Shown here piece by piece: positions 62,880 through 64,000 of a DNA stretch of 64,000 nucleotides. The stretch is from the NCBI RefSeq assembly GCF_004010195.1, contig NC_057755.1, positions 5,873,474-5,937,473 on the forward strand, given 5' to 3'. Position numbers and translations under genes: made by a program. Under the pieces are notes generated by a model. It was not told the DNA's origin and ran no database searches. It saw nothing but the letters and a program-made list of their open reading frames with translations. Numbering within the stretch: the first letter of the stretch is position 1; the number at the start of each line of letters is the position of its first letter. Origin of the DNA: Chiloscyllium plagiosum (lineage: Eukaryota).

Positions 62880-63850
62880 TTTGAAATTTTTGCTGCCATG
62901 GATTAAAATTTGATTAAGGTAGAGGCAATAGATAGTTGATATATACCGGGATTTCTCAAACTGGCGACAAGTTGAAAGTGGTGTTCTCCAAGAATCCTTG
63001 TTTTGACCCTTTATTTTCTCATTTTGGCTAATGATTTGGAGATGAGTGCTGAGGGTAAAATTTCGAAATTTTCAAATGACACCAAGCAGGGAGAACGGCA
63101 AATTATGAGGATGATGCTGATCGACTTCAGAGGGACAGTGACAAGTTGGCAAATGGGCAAACACTTGGCACATGAAATTCAGTGCAGAGAAATGTGGGGT
63201 ATTATACTTAGAAGAAGAAACTTGAAGAGACAATGTAGATGGAAAGGTAAAACATTTGAGAAGTAGAGTGGACTTGCTGAGTTTCTCCAGATTTTGTGTT
63301 TCCGTTTGTTTCAGATCTCCAGCCTCCAAAAGCCTTCATACATGATTCTCAGAGAATGGCCCGGCAAGGCCAAGTTCACAAGTGAAACACACATTAAGAA
63401 GACCTCTAAGTTCGCTGAATGTGGAAGAAATGCAACGCACATAAAAAAGCAAGGAAGTGATGCCACACCTCAAAAAGTCATTGGCCACCCCACGGTTGGA
63501 GTGTTGTGTTGTGTTCTGGACACATTATTTAAGGAAGGATGTTAAAGTCCTGCAGCTATCTCAAATGACATTCAACAGAATTAAGTCAGAAATTAGGGAA
63601 TTCAGATACGTGGGGCGATCGGCTAGATTAGACTTATTTTTTCTTGGAACCGAGAAGATTAAGAACAACCTTTATTGAGTTGTTCAACATTGCAAACATT
63701 TTTTACAGATAAAGTAGTATAATCTGTTTCCAACAGTAAGTATGTTAGTAAGTAGGAATCACAATTTTAAGAATATAAGCAAGAAAGCTGGGATTGAGAT
63801 GAGGAGAAATTTCTTTAATCAGTGTTTTTAGAATTTGGAATGTGCTGCCT
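62880..63850 (+). mobile_element. ancient CR1 fragment
   Basis: LANDLEMSAEGKISKFSNDTK and PRLECCVVFWTHYLRKDV. Confidence 0.75.
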
Positions 63851-64000
63851 TCCAAAGCCACAATCACCTCCACCTGGAAGGGCAAGAGTTCCTGGTAGTT
63901 GGGAAAGTGCCACCTTCATGTCCCTCTGCCAACCACTCACCATTCTGACAAGATTATATACCATCGTTCCGACAGTGTTGCTTGGTCAAAATTCTGTAAT

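Overview
Eukaryotic, AT-rich and repeat-dense vertebrate DNA, very probably from an elasmobranch (shark or ray). That assignment is inferred from the HE1/V-SINE-like SINEs, abundant CR1 LINEs and Penelope-derived repeats. I can support no intact cellular protein-coding gene. The backbone is a cluster of six class A (rhodopsin-family) GPCR genes of the GPR139/GPR142-like type, about one per 10-15 kb and on both strands. All six carry stops, frameshifts, deletions or a SINE insertion. Five show a splice acceptor at the same phase-1 position in TM1, and for two I could pair it with a short first exon. Between the receptors lie many 5'-truncated CR1 LINEs, V-SINEs, two Penelope (GIY-YIG) families whose terminal repeats carry minimal hammerhead-ribozyme motifs, and three decayed Gmr1-type Gypsy LTR elements (PR-INT-RT-RH order, tRNA-Pro PBS, one nested antisense inside another). 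There are also solo LTRs, a strictly 41-bp-periodic minisatellite, and an 86-bp locally templated duplication at a LINE 5' junction. Three N gaps (18750-19203, 28139-28336, 49777-50474) all fall inside TE copies. Family names come from motif recognition by eye, not database searches, and most repeat boundaries are approximate.
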